Of a stretch of 32,000 nucleotides of DNA, positions 1 through 8,483 are shown piece by piece. A model generated the notes under the pieces. It saw nothing but the letters and a program-made list of their open reading frames with translations. It had not been told where the DNA came from and searched no databases. A program made the translations under genes and the position numbers. The stretch comes from Candidatus Harpocratesius repetitus (lineage in GTDB: Archaea > Asgardarchaeota > Lokiarchaeia > Sigyniarchaeales > Promethearchaeaceae): positions 4,020,001 through 4,052,000 of the forward strand of contig JAIZWK010000001.1 of assembly GCA_021498095.1 (NCBI GenBank), written 5' to 3'. Position 1 is the stretch's first letter, and every line of letters begins with the position of its first letter.

Positions 1-1387
1 CCATTGGACTGGATTTTCGCACTCCTTCTTGTCCTAATGTAGCAGATGTTGTTTCAGATTCAATAGTTGCTCCAATAAACACACCATGCTCCCAATTCAG
101 ACTTTCAGCAATCGGGACTGTTGTATCCGAATCTCTTCCACCGTAAAGGATCCCTGATACCGGTGCACCTTCAGGATCATGTAATTTTTCATCAATATTT
201 TCTAATTCATCAATTCTTACAGTAAACCTTGCATTTGGATGGGATATTGGAATTTCTTTTCCATTAGAATCTTTCATTCCCTTTTTCCATTTCCCTGCAT
301 GATTCCAACCTTCAGTAGGATATTCATCCACACCCATTCCAGTCCAATAAACTTTACCTTCATCAGTGGTTAGAACATTTGAGAAAATAACTTCTTTCGG
401 AGTTGTAATTGCTTTATAGATAACCGGATCATCTTTAGGATTAACATCTTTAATAATTCCAAAAATACCTTGTTCAATGTTGACAGCCCGCATGTCTCCA
501 TCTTTTCCTTCTCGAATGTAAACAATATCATCCCCTACGATTGTAGCACCAGGAATCATTGCAGTACTTGTTTTACCACAAGCAGATGGATAAGCGCCGG
601 TGAAATAGGTTTTCCTACTTCTATCTAATGGATAAAAAGCAGAAAGAAACATATGTTCTGCTAACCAATCAGAATGATTTGCTCGATAAATTGCCAAACG
701 CAGAGCAAGTTTTTTGCAAGCTAAACTGTTTCCTGCATATTGGTTATTTACGGAAAATACGCGATATTCTAAAGGATCAATATATATTCTTCGTTTGTCA
801 ACGTTTTTTGTACAATTACGTTCATCCAATTCCCCAGCTGAATGCCAAAAATAAAAGAAATCATTTTTGTCTATTAAGTGCTGTCGAAATTGTTCATATC
901 CTGGACGATAGAGCAAATCTTCAGAATGTCCAACATAAAAGCTGTCTGTGATTTGGAGAGTCGGAATAGCAAACCGCGAATGAGTGGGTCCAAGACAGAA
1001 AAATCGTACAACCATGACCTTATTTCGCATAGCACCATCCATTATTGACAATATTTCTTTAAGCCCTTGTTCCCGTTCAATCACATTTAACCCTCGACTT
1101 AATGTCTCCCCTTTAGGTAAGAGTGTAGCAGTATGCGCTTTATCACGGGCTTGATCATGGTAACCATCATAATGTATGGTGTGTCCATCAATTTTTAATC
1201 GTTTTTCTTCTTGGTAGTCAATAGCTAATTGACGAAAACGTTGAATCTCTTCAAGACTATCAGTGAAGACCATCACTTTTGCAGGTTTCATTAATTCAAT
1301 TGCATCTTTAACAACTTTTTCAACCTTTGGATTATTAAGTGCTGCAAGTTTAGCTTGATCCTCAGGACTTATTTCATATTCATGCAT
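1..1387 (-). CDS. pckG: Phosphoenolpyruvate carboxykinase (GTP), N-terminal ~462 aa, runs off the window start
   Basis: Manual translation of the minus strand is open from ATG 1387 (in-frame GTG at 1405) to the window edge: MHEYEISPEDQAKLAAL...YAGNSLACKKLALRLA...WLAEHM...YPSACGKTSTAM...VGDDI...HPNARF...YGGRDS. These are GTP-PEPCK motifs, including PSACGKT and GDD. Not in the ORF track. Confidence 0.95.
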   Translation of the reverse strand, partial: MHEYEISPEDQAKLAALNNPKVEKVVKDAIELMKPAKVMVFTDSLEEIQRFRQLAIDYQEEKRLKIDGHTIHYDGYHDQARDKAHTATLLPKGETLSRGLNVIEREQGLKEILSIMDGAMRNKVMVVRFFCLGPTHSRFAIPTLQITDSFYVGHSEDLLYRPGYEQFRQHLIDKNDFFYFWHSAGELDERNCTKNVDKRRIYIDPLEYRVFSVNNQYAGNSLACKKLALRLAIYRANHSDWLAEHMFLSAFYPLDRSRKTYFTGAYPSACGKTSTAMIPGATIVGDDIVYIREGKDGDMRAVNIEQGIFGIIKDVNPKDDPVIYKAITTPKEVIFSNVLTTDEGKVYWTGMGVDEYPTEGWNHAGKWKKGMKDSNGKEIPISHPNARFTVRIDELENIDEKLHDPEGAPVSGILYGGRDSDTTVPIAESLNWEHGVFIGATIESETTSATLGQEGVRKSSPM

Positions 1388-1796
1388 TATTTTTTCCTCA
1401 TTCACGGTAATCAGGTTATTTTTTTTTAAATCTTAACTTCACTTGATAAATAAGTATTAGGAAAAAAGAGCGCGAAAGTTAAAAATGTTTTTCAAAATCA
1501 TATTTTTTAATGCATTTTTTCCAACTAAAGAGCATGTTTTGAATGAGATCTAACCACAACCATGGGTTATAAGTGGGAGAAATCTTTTAATGGAAAATCA
1601 AATTCCTTTTTTTTAAAAAAAAAGATCTCTTTAGGTAAGAAATCTTTAACATAGCTGTTCTAAAAATTTATAAAGTTCCGGCTTTTTTACTATTATATTG
1701 CAGAAGCATCAATTTTTTGTAATACATATTCGTATAAAGGAATCTTCTTTCTATTTATAAAAAAAAGTAAAAAGAATTGTTTAGGAGTAAATGTGA

Positions 1797-2864
1797 GTGT
1801 TAGAAAATATCTTTTTAATATCATTTGAACTTAAAGATGGTAATCTCCATCCAAATCTTTCATCAACTTCTGCATCCATACAAAAAAAAAAGACATACAT
1901 TGCATATCCTGATGATGTTATATTAAATTCTTCGCATAATTTCATGCAGCTAATAAAATTGAATCAAGAAAGAGTTCTTCTTCAACATTACGAAAAAAAA
2001 TATTTTAATGATGATTTTCTTTATTCAAACATTAAAGCAATTAATATTCAAGACTTGAACATTCTTCTTGTACCTTTACCATATAGGCACGTATTAGGCA
2101 TTGTTTTTGATAAAGAAACAAACCCCTACGATTACAGAAACGAAATTGTTCGACTTTTGCTTGATTATGCACTCGAAAAGTATTTTTCTAAACCAAATAG
2201 TAATTATAAAGAAACTCTTTTACTGACATTATTTGTAGATCTTAGAAATTATGCTAATGAATCTCATCTTTTTAACAATAATCTGAATAAAATTAATTAT
2301 TTTCGAAATAAACCATACATTAAGCTTTTTGTATTTGGAATTGATTATGCAGGAAAAAGTTCTTTAATGCGTTTACTCTCTACAGGAAAATTTGATGAAA
2401 ACTTCTTTATTCCTACTAAAAAATTTCGTATTACTAATGTTTCATTAGAAAATGGTATAAATCTTACATGTTGGGATATGCCAGGACAAATTATTTATAG
2501 AGAAGATTGGTTAAGAGGAGCACAAGCAAGCAATCTCCTTGTTTTTGTGATTGATGTCGCAGACAGAAATCGATATGCAGAAGCTAAAGCCGCTTTTTGG
2601 AAAATGATCAATCTTTTTGATTTACAATATCTTCCATTAATTTTTTTAATCAATAAGATAGATTTACTAGAGAAACCAATAAATAAAGAACAAATAGAAC
2701 AATATTTTGAACTTTCAAAATGTACTGGCAGAGAAATTACAACAATTTGTACAAGTTTACCTACTCAAGAGGGAATCGATAAACTGAAGGACGAAATTTC
2801 CCGTATTGCTTCTCATCTATTGATGGTAAATGGAATTATTGGACCCTCTTCAATGGTTAGGTGA
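1797..2864 (+). CDS. Arf/Sar-like small GTPase with an N-terminal ~170-aa longin/uDENN-like domain
   Basis: G1 GIDYAGKSS, G2 PT, G3 WDMPGQ, VFVID strand, G4 NKID, G5 CTS. The N-terminal beta-alpha pattern (IFLISFELKDG...LLVPLPYRHVLGIVFD...EIVRLLLDY) is longin-like by eye only. Confidence 0.85.
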   Translation: MLENIFLISFELKDGNLHPNLSSTSASIQKKKTYIAYPDDVILNSSHNFMQLIKLNQERVLLQHYEKKYFNDDFLYSNIKAINIQDLNILLVPLPYRHVLGIVFDKETNPYDYRNEIVRLLLDYALEKYFSKPNSNYKETLLLTLFVDLRNYANESHLFNNNLNKINYFRNKPYIKLFVFGIDYAGKSSLMRLLSTGKFDENFFIPTKKFRITNVSLENGINLTCWDMPGQIIYREDWLRGAQASNLLVFVIDVADRNRYAEAKAAFWKMINLFDLQYLPLIFLINKIDLLEKPINKEQIEQYFELSKCTGREITTICTSLPTQEGIDKLKDEISRIASHLLMVNGIIGPSSMVR

Positions 2865-2948
2865 ATACACTTCCTTTTGTTCAGACAATAGCACTTTATT
2901 TTTAAAATAAGCAATTTTTAATAATTAATAATATTGATAAAAATAGAT

Positions 2949-2975
2949 AAGATATGAATAATTATTCATAATCTT
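2949..2975. promoter_or_regulatory. Palindromic operator candidate upstream of the ferredoxin gene
   Basis: Perfect 18-bp palindrome TATGAATAATTATTCATA (2953-2970), extended by AAGAT/ATCTT with one bulge. It ends 25 bp before ATG 3000. Confidence 0.5.
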
Positions 2976-2999
2976 AGATTTTGAGAAGTGAAATTTATC

Positions 3000-3164
3000 A
3001 TGTGGAAAATAGCAAAAGAATACTGTATGGGGTGCGCGGTTTGTACCATGCAATGTTCAGGCATCCAAATGGTGGATGGATATGCAGAAATAGTAGATCA
3101 ATCAGCTACTTGTTTGGAGCGGGCAGCTCAAGTCTGCCCTAGACAAATAATTCAAAAAGTTTAA
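3000..3164 (+). CDS. Small single-cluster Fe-S ferredoxin (54 aa)
   Basis: Manual translation MWKIAKEYCMGCAVCTMQCSGIQMVDGYAEIVDQSATCLERAAQVCPRQIIQKV* contains CxxCxxC and a distal CP. Below the ORF-track size cutoff. Confidence 0.85.
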   Translation: MWKIAKEYCMGCAVCTMQCSGIQMVDGYAEIVDQSATCLERAAQVCPRQIIQKV

Positions 3165-3221
3165 GAAAAAGTAATTAAAAAATCATAAAGTAACATTCAT
3201 ATTAGATTATAGCCATTTTTT

Positions 3222-4244
3222 TTATTCCTTTTTTGATTCAGATTTATTAGAGCCATTGAATCCAGAATTTTTTTTATTTATCTCATCTTTTTCAAGTTGA
3301 CTCTTATTGGTTCTACCATTTTCAGATTTACTCTTATTTGATTCATCTTTCTCATTATCAATTTTTTCAGTTTCTTTCTCTTTAGATTCAACTTTTTTTG
3401 CTGGAGGAGGAGAATGTTTTGAAACAATAACCTTTGCGGGTTGAATTACTTGATCTTTTATCTTATAACCTTTTTGAATTACATTGATCACTGTATCTTC
3501 GGGTAAATCATCATTAATCACTTTCATCATTACTTCATGATAATTAAAATCAAATGGAATGCCTGTTTTATCAATAGGTTCTACATGATAAGATTTGAAG
3601 ATCCGTTTAAGCATATCATATAACTTTTGAAAACCATGCATAAAATTATCCATTTGATTGCTTGGTGAAATATTTCCATTCGATTTTTGTTTTTGAGCAG
3701 TTTCAAAAGCTTTTTCAAAAGCATCGATTAAGGGAGTAAAAGCAGTAATAGTTTTAACTTTTGTTTTAAGTTGTACCACATCTTGTTGCTTAATATAGTG
3801 TTTACGTGTATTTTCAAGTTCAGCTTGCAGATAACGGTATTTTGATAATTGATTCTGGATTTGTTGATCCTTTTTTTTTAATTGCTTCTTCAATTTTTCG
3901 ATTTCTTCTTTTAATTTGTCAATTTCTGATTTAGGTTTACTTTTTTGCTTTGAATAATTACTATTACCTGCATTTGGTTTTGCCTTTTTTTCGATATTTG
4001 ATTCTGATTCGGATTGTAGTTTTGATTCAGATGTTGATTCGACTTGAGAATCAATTTCTAATTTAGATTTTGATTCAGTTTTTGAATTTGGTACTTGCTT
4101 GGAAATTACTCCAGGTTTAGAATCAGAATTAGAAATATTTTTTGTTTCTAATGTTTTATTTGAATCTTGCTTATCGGAAGGTATATGTCCTTCTTTTTTT
4201 ATTTTTTCTTGTGAATTTGTATTTGGATGCGATTCACTTGTCAT
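3222..4244 (-). CDS. grpE: GrpE nucleotide-exchange factor with long low-complexity N- and C-terminal extensions
   Basis: Coiled coil followed by YLQAELENTRK, FDFNYHEVM, VIQKGYKIKDQVIQPAKVIVSK (GrpE signature region). Confidence 0.9.
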   Translation of the reverse strand: MTSESHPNTNSQEKIKKEGHIPSDKQDSNKTLETKNISNSDSKPGVISKQVPNSKTESKSKLEIDSQVESTSESKLQSESESNIEKKAKPNAGNSNYSKQKSKPKSEIDKLKEEIEKLKKQLKKKDQQIQNQLSKYRYLQAELENTRKHYIKQQDVVQLKTKVKTITAFTPLIDAFEKAFETAQKQKSNGNISPSNQMDNFMHGFQKLYDMLKRIFKSYHVEPIDKTGIPFDFNYHEVMMKVINDDLPEDTVINVIQKGYKIKDQVIQPAKVIVSKHSPPPAKKVESKEKETEKIDNEKDESNKSKSENGRTNKSQLEKDEINKKNSGFNGSNKSESKKE

Positions 4245-4388
4245 TTTAGTGTCTCCTTCGAATTCTGCATATTCTTTGTTCTTTCTATCAATTTTCTATT
4301 TGAATCATGTATAAGGTATTTTTAGAGATTTTTATATTCCTTGTATTATATCAATGTTCCGTGCTATTTAAATTTCAAATTGATTTAC

Positions 4389-5009
4389 TTAGCGCTTTCT
4401 TACTCGGATACGGCGTTTTCTTTGTAATCTAAGTGATTTTCTAAATGTAATTTCCAAAATATTGTCATCAGCATGAAATTGTGCGCGACCAGATTTAGGA
4501 CTGATACTTGTATTTAATTTTATTTTTCGATGATAATCCCCTGAACTTACTTCTAATTCATAAGGTGTCGCCTTAAGATCAATTTGATCACCACTTTCAT
4601 GTTCTGGAATTTCTAAAATCACTTTAAGATGTAAATCATCTTCATAAAAATCGAGAAATTGCTTAATTTGTCTTCGTTTGATTTCTTTTTGTTTTTCAAC
4701 AAAATGAGCTAAAGCATTATGAAATTCTTTTAATGTATTTTCATCATGATCTGAATCAAGTAATATAGGTTTACTTTTTATAGAATCCCATTTAAAACGA
4801 AAAGATTTACCGTTGAATGGATTTGTAAATTGGAAAATATAATCTTCACCATTTTCATCTCTTACAGGTTCAAAATAATAATCCCGAAAACGATCAACAA
4901 CGTCCTCATCTGATAGAAGACGGTTTAGCTTTTTTGTAATGCGATGGGAAAGTTCTTTTTTTATTGATTTGATTTCTTCGGCGTTTTCACTCATTTTTTT
5001 CCAATCCAT
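4389..5009 (-). CDS. Small heat-shock protein (Hsp20/alpha-crystallin domain) with long N-terminus and basic C-terminal tail
   Basis: C-terminal half DFYEDDLHLKVILEIP...IDLKATPYELEVSSGDYHRKIKL...AQF...ILEITFRK aligns by eye with archaeal sHSPs. Confidence 0.7.
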   Translation of the reverse strand: MDWKKMSENAEEIKSIKKELSHRITKKLNRLLSDEDVVDRFRDYYFEPVRDENGEDYIFQFTNPFNGKSFRFKWDSIKSKPILLDSDHDENTLKEFHNALAHFVEKQKEIKRRQIKQFLDFYEDDLHLKVILEIPEHESGDQIDLKATPYELEVSSGDYHRKIKLNTSISPKSGRAQFHADDNILEITFRKSLRLQRKRRIRVRKR

Positions 5010-5027
5010 TCATTCTATTTCATCGAA

Positions 5028-5056
5028 TTCTTAGCGAATGTGCATATTTCTAAGAA
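5028..5056. promoter_or_regulatory. Inverted-repeat operator candidate overlapping the predicted transcription start of the 4389-5009 sHSP gene
   Basis: TTCTTAG-cgAATgTGCAtATTt-CTAAGAA is a near-perfect dyad lying between a minus-strand TTTAAATA (5069-5062) and ATG 5009. Confidence 0.5.
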
Positions 5057-5128
5057 CAAAAATATTTAAAAAAGGTTTCGATGAATTTTTATGTTTTTTC
5101 AAATTTTTTTTTGATTTTTTTACATTCT

Positions 5129-5506
5129 TTATGATTTTACTGGAATAATTATCTCTAATATCCCATTGCGAAATGATGCATGTGCATTATCAACTTCACA
5201 TGGTTTAGGAAGATTGACTGTTTTTCTTTGATTTCCTTTAGTTATCTCCAATTCGGTGGAAGAAATTGCAAAAAGATCCACTTCATCTTTTCGAATACAA
5301 GGAATTTCAGCTACAACAGTAATATGATCATTATCATCGAATATTTCGACAAACCATTCATTTTCTTCTTGTAAAGAGTTATTTTCATGTAAATCTATGT
5401 GATTATCATAATTTATTTCACTTAGCTCGCTTGGTTCTGGAAATGATGCAATGAAATGCATAAATACATGCCATAGATCAAAAGGTTCATCGTGTGAGTT
5501 AGCCAT
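5129..5506 (-). CDS. Small heat-shock protein Hsp20
   Basis: VEIFDDNDHITVVAEIPCIRKDEVDL...VNLP...AHASFRNGILEIIIP is a typical archaeal Hsp20 ACD. Confidence 0.9.
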   Translation of the reverse strand: MANSHDEPFDLWHVFMHFIASFPEPSELSEINYDNHIDLHENNSLQEENEWFVEIFDDNDHITVVAEIPCIRKDEVDLFAISSTELEITKGNQRKTVNLPKPCEVDNAHASFRNGILEIIIPVKS

Positions 5507-5594
5507 TTAATCACGTCCTAAAATTTGATTTTAAATAATGACTTACTAATAATAATTAGGTTTTCTTAATATATAAATGTTAACTAAATGTTGT

Positions 5595-5636
5595 CATAAA
5601 TTTTATGGTTAAATTTGGAAATTTTATGATAAAATT
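5595..5636. promoter_or_regulatory. Two AT-rich palindromes in the divergent hsp20/Lrp intergenic region
   Basis: CATAAA-T-TTTATG (5595-5607) and AATTTTAT-G-ATAAAATT (5620-5636). Lrp-family sites are typically AT-rich dyads, but the low GC content inflates chance matches. Confidence 0.35.
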
Positions 5637-5671
5637 CGGAATATTTTTAGCAGTAAAGTCCACTTATTTTC

Positions 5672-6370
5672 TTGATGCCCACAAAAAAAAAAATCGATGA
5701 TCTTGATATTCAAATTTTGAAATATCTTCAAAATGATGCCCGTAGGAGTCTGAAAAAACTAGCTGACAAATTAAAGAAAAAAACAAGTACTATTTATCAT
5801 CGATTACAACGATTAAAATCTAATGATGTAATTCTTGGATACTCTATTGTAATTAATCCAGAATATCTCAATATTCATAGAATTGGAATTCATAAGGTGA
5901 AAATGAAACCACTTAATATCAGCTCACTTGATGGGATGTTTCTTTCTAGTTTTGCAAATTTTATAAAGACAGAATTCCCTGAAGTCTTATTTATTGCTTT
6001 GTCAGAAGATTCTCAGGCAATTTATTTGATATCATTTCATTCTTCTGAAGCAGCACTTAATGAATTTCTGTCAAAACTTAAAGAAAACCCCTATATTTCA
6101 GATGTTGATTCTGAATACATTAGCAACATTGTTAAAGGGCAAAAGCTTTTTAACTTTAATGAAGAATGGATTAAAAAGGCAACCAGACGATATAAAAAGG
6201 ATAAAAAGAAGAAAATTGAAGAAGAAGAATCTGAATTAATGGAAATTAACTTAGATGAAGAAGATGAAGAAGAATTTGGTATAGAGGCAGAAGAAGAAGC
6301 AATTAGTGACTTAATGGATGAAGATGAAAGCGAAAAAGATGAAGATTCGGATATTGAAATAAAATTTTAA
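5672..6370 (+). CDS. Lrp/AsnC-family transcriptional regulator with a ~55-aa acidic C-terminal tail
   Basis: N-terminal IDDLDIQILKYLQNDARRSLKKLADKL...TIYHRLQRLKSNDVILGY wHTH, a RAM-like domain, then an E/D-rich tail. ATG at 5675 is the likely start. Confidence 0.9.
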   Translation: MMPTKKKIDDLDIQILKYLQNDARRSLKKLADKLKKKTSTIYHRLQRLKSNDVILGYSIVINPEYLNIHRIGIHKVKMKPLNISSLDGMFLSSFANFIKTEFPEVLFIALSEDSQAIYLISFHSSEAALNEFLSKLKENPYISDVDSEYISNIVKGQKLFNFNEEWIKKATRRYKKDKKKKIEEEESELMEINLDEEDEEEFGIEAEEEAISDLMDEDESEKDEDSDIEIKF

Positions 6371-6564
6371 TTACAAGAAAAAGTAAATTTTAAAGAAAAA
6401 AAAGATAAGAATATATTATTGAATTAAATTTATGGAGGTGGCATTTCCTCTTCTATTTCGGATGGTAGTGGAATATCGAACAGTTTATCTTCATTTTACT
6501 CCGATTTTTGTTCGGATTTTTCTTTTCTTGTTTTATTATCTATGGTATTTTTCTATTTTTCCAA

Positions 6565-6945
6565 CTAACATGCTTTTCTTAATTTAATTTTGCTGGATTT
6601 ATCATTTCTAACAATGCTATAAAAAATATGTATTTGCGAAAATGTTTGATAAATGGGTTCTAACGGCGAGTTCATACTAATCGGTTTATTGAATTTTATT
6701 TTTTCTGCCTTTTTCTTTAGATAATTATATATATCTTTTAATTCCATATTTCTAATTTTTGGAGCGTTATATATGATACCTGATTTTACAGCATCCAAAA
6801 CGGATTTTCGCTCTTCTTTAGATATTTCCCGCCAATTTAACCATTCTTGTGATCCAAAAGGGCGATAATTGCCGAATGATGTTTCCAAAACCTCCAGTAG
6901 TCCGTTGAAAAGATTATTTGGTAGGTATTCGATAAAAACATTTAT
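6565..6945 (-). pseudogene. Hypothetical protein fragment (107 aa from TTG 6888), probably degenerate
   Basis: The frame is open upstream to a TGA at 6948-6946 with no ATG before TTG 6888. Weak resemblance to the C-terminus of the neighbouring LRR protein. Confidence 0.3.
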
Positions 6946-7172
6946 TCAAAATATAGTAAAAAAAATGCACTAAAGTCCAATTGTAAATTTTTCAAAAAAA
7001 ATGCATCTTTTATTCAGCCTCTATATCGAGTAAATCCATTGATTATTATTTTTTGGCAATCTTCAGGAAATTAAACACCAAAACAACCCGATCTATTCAT
7101 AAATTCAAATAAAATAGGATTCTATGTTTTTATAGTGTGATAAAAAAACAAAATTTTGTCGTATTGTTCTCA

Positions 7173-8390
7173 TTAAAGATATAAAGGAAATCCATTTTTT
7201 AACAAAACCCTTGGTCGGTAGAACTTGATTTCTTTTTTATAATATTCCTGCATTTCAGCGGTTGGCATTTTCGGAATCATCGATTCTACATAATTCAGAA
7301 ATTGCACCCTTCCACGGTTACATGAACGTTCATATATTATGGGCGGACCGTCTTCATATTTTTTATAAAGTTCTTGATTTTCATAATATCGGGGATGAAA
7401 TGTATTTTTGTAATTTTCTTGAAAATCTCCGTATCCGCTGATTTCTGTGCAATCCCAAAATGCTACGGGGAGGAAAGAGAGATTAGGAATGTTTGGACAA
7501 TCTAAAATGTGAATGGAAAGAAATACATGATAAGATAATTCAATGGGTAATTCGGTTAACTCGGGCAAAGAATCAAGATCTAATTTTTCAAGCGGTATAC
7601 AATAGGCCCAGTTTCGAGGAATTTGGAACGGAGGATATTTACCTTTATTTTTACCAGAAGTTCGAACATGACAATCAAGAAGCGTAATTTCTTTAAGATA
7701 AAAACACTGCGAAAAATCTATTTCCCAATCCTGCAAACTAAGTGTCCAAAATTCAATTTCTTTTAAATATCGATACTGAGACGCTTCCGTAGGAATACTG
7801 CGCAAATTGGGACATCTGGTCAAATCAATTTTAGCGATTTTCGGAGGCCAAGCCACAATTCGGTGAACATGGCATTCAATCAACTTAATTTTCCTGCAGT
7901 GAACAAATTTGGAAAAATCCACCGATTTTTGAATGAAATGGCATTCATAAAAACTGATACTACAAATTTTATCGATATTTGGGATCTTATTAATATCGAT
8001 ATTTTTTTCTTTATAATATCCTATTATGCTAATTCTATCCACATCTTGGCTCTGCGAAAAATCTATCTCCCAATTATCCAATTCGACTTCATAAACCTCG
8101 AATTTCTTCAATAACCGATACTGCGAAGGCTCGTTAGGAATAACATGCAAATTAGGACATCTCCGCAATTTAATTACTTCAATATTAGGGGGCCAAGCCG
8201 CGATCTCCTCAAGATCGCATTGTTCAATCCATATTTTTTTACATTTAACAAATTCGGAAAAATCCGCGGATTTTTGCAGAAAATGACATTTATTAAATTC
8301 TAATTCAAAATATTTATCCGCATATAGAAAATTTTGTAGGTCGATATTCTTTCTATTGTGAAAACTTGATATTTTGAAATTTTGATTCAT
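7173..8390 (-). CDS. Leucine-rich-repeat protein with an internal 115-aa duplication
   Basis: LRR-like units IKLRRCPNLHVIP, IDLTRCPNLRSIP, LEKLDLDSLPELTELP, IHILDCPNIPNL. Confidence 0.8.
   Translation of the reverse strand: MNQNFKISSFHNRKNIDLQNFLYADKYFELEFNKCHFLQKSADFSEFVKCKKIWIEQCDLEEIAAWPPNIEVIKLRRCPNLHVIPNEPSQYRLLKKFEVYEVELDNWEIDFSQSQDVDRISIIGYYKEKNIDINKIPNIDKICSISFYECHFIQKSVDFSKFVHCRKIKLIECHVHRIVAWPPKIAKIDLTRCPNLRSIPTEASQYRYLKEIEFWTLSLQDWEIDFSQCFYLKEITLLDCHVRTSGKNKGKYPPFQIPRNWAYCIPLEKLDLDSLPELTELPIELSYHVFLSIHILDCPNIPNLSFLPVAFWDCTEISGYGDFQENYKNTFHPRYYENQELYKKYEDGPPIIYERSCNRGRVQFLNYVESMIPKMPTAEMQEYYKKEIKFYRPRVLLKNGFPLYL
7662..8351 (-). repeat. Tandem intragenic duplication (period 115 aa / 345 nt) in the LRR gene
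   Basis: aa35-113 vs aa150-228 are identical at 46 of 79 residues by manual count (CHFLQKSADFS...WEIDFSQ vs CHFIQKSVDFS...WEIDFSQ). Confidence 0.9.
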
Positions 8391-8422
8391 GATTTACTAA
8401 TCTCCTAATATTAAAAAAAATC

Positions 8423-8443
8423 TAACTTTTTTCAAAAAAGTTA
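8423..8443. promoter_or_regulatory. Perfect 21-bp dyad upstream of the LRR gene (operator or terminator hairpin)
   Basis: TAACTTTTTT-C-AAAAAAGTTA lies between the orphan ORF stop (8484) and LRR ATG 8390. Confidence 0.45.
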
Positions 8444-8483
8444 AAAAATAAATTCGAGAAAAACTGATGGAACAAGACATACT

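Noticed and set aside
628-951. 107-aa plus-strand ORF in the track
   Set aside because: Antisense shadow of the PEPCK gene, with no motifs.
5028-5056. CIRCE (HrcA) element
   Set aside because: Only TTAG...CTAA is shared. The inner arms and spacing do not match TTAGCACTC-N9-GAGTGCTAA.
4099-5374. Short plus-strand ORFs 4099-4314 and 5180-5374
   Set aside because: Antisense to grpE and hsp20.
6430-6560. Protein-like minus-strand stretch DKLFDIPLPSEIEEEMPPP
   Set aside because: No start codon and an in-frame stop just upstream. It cannot be joined to the 6565 ORF without arbitrary indels.
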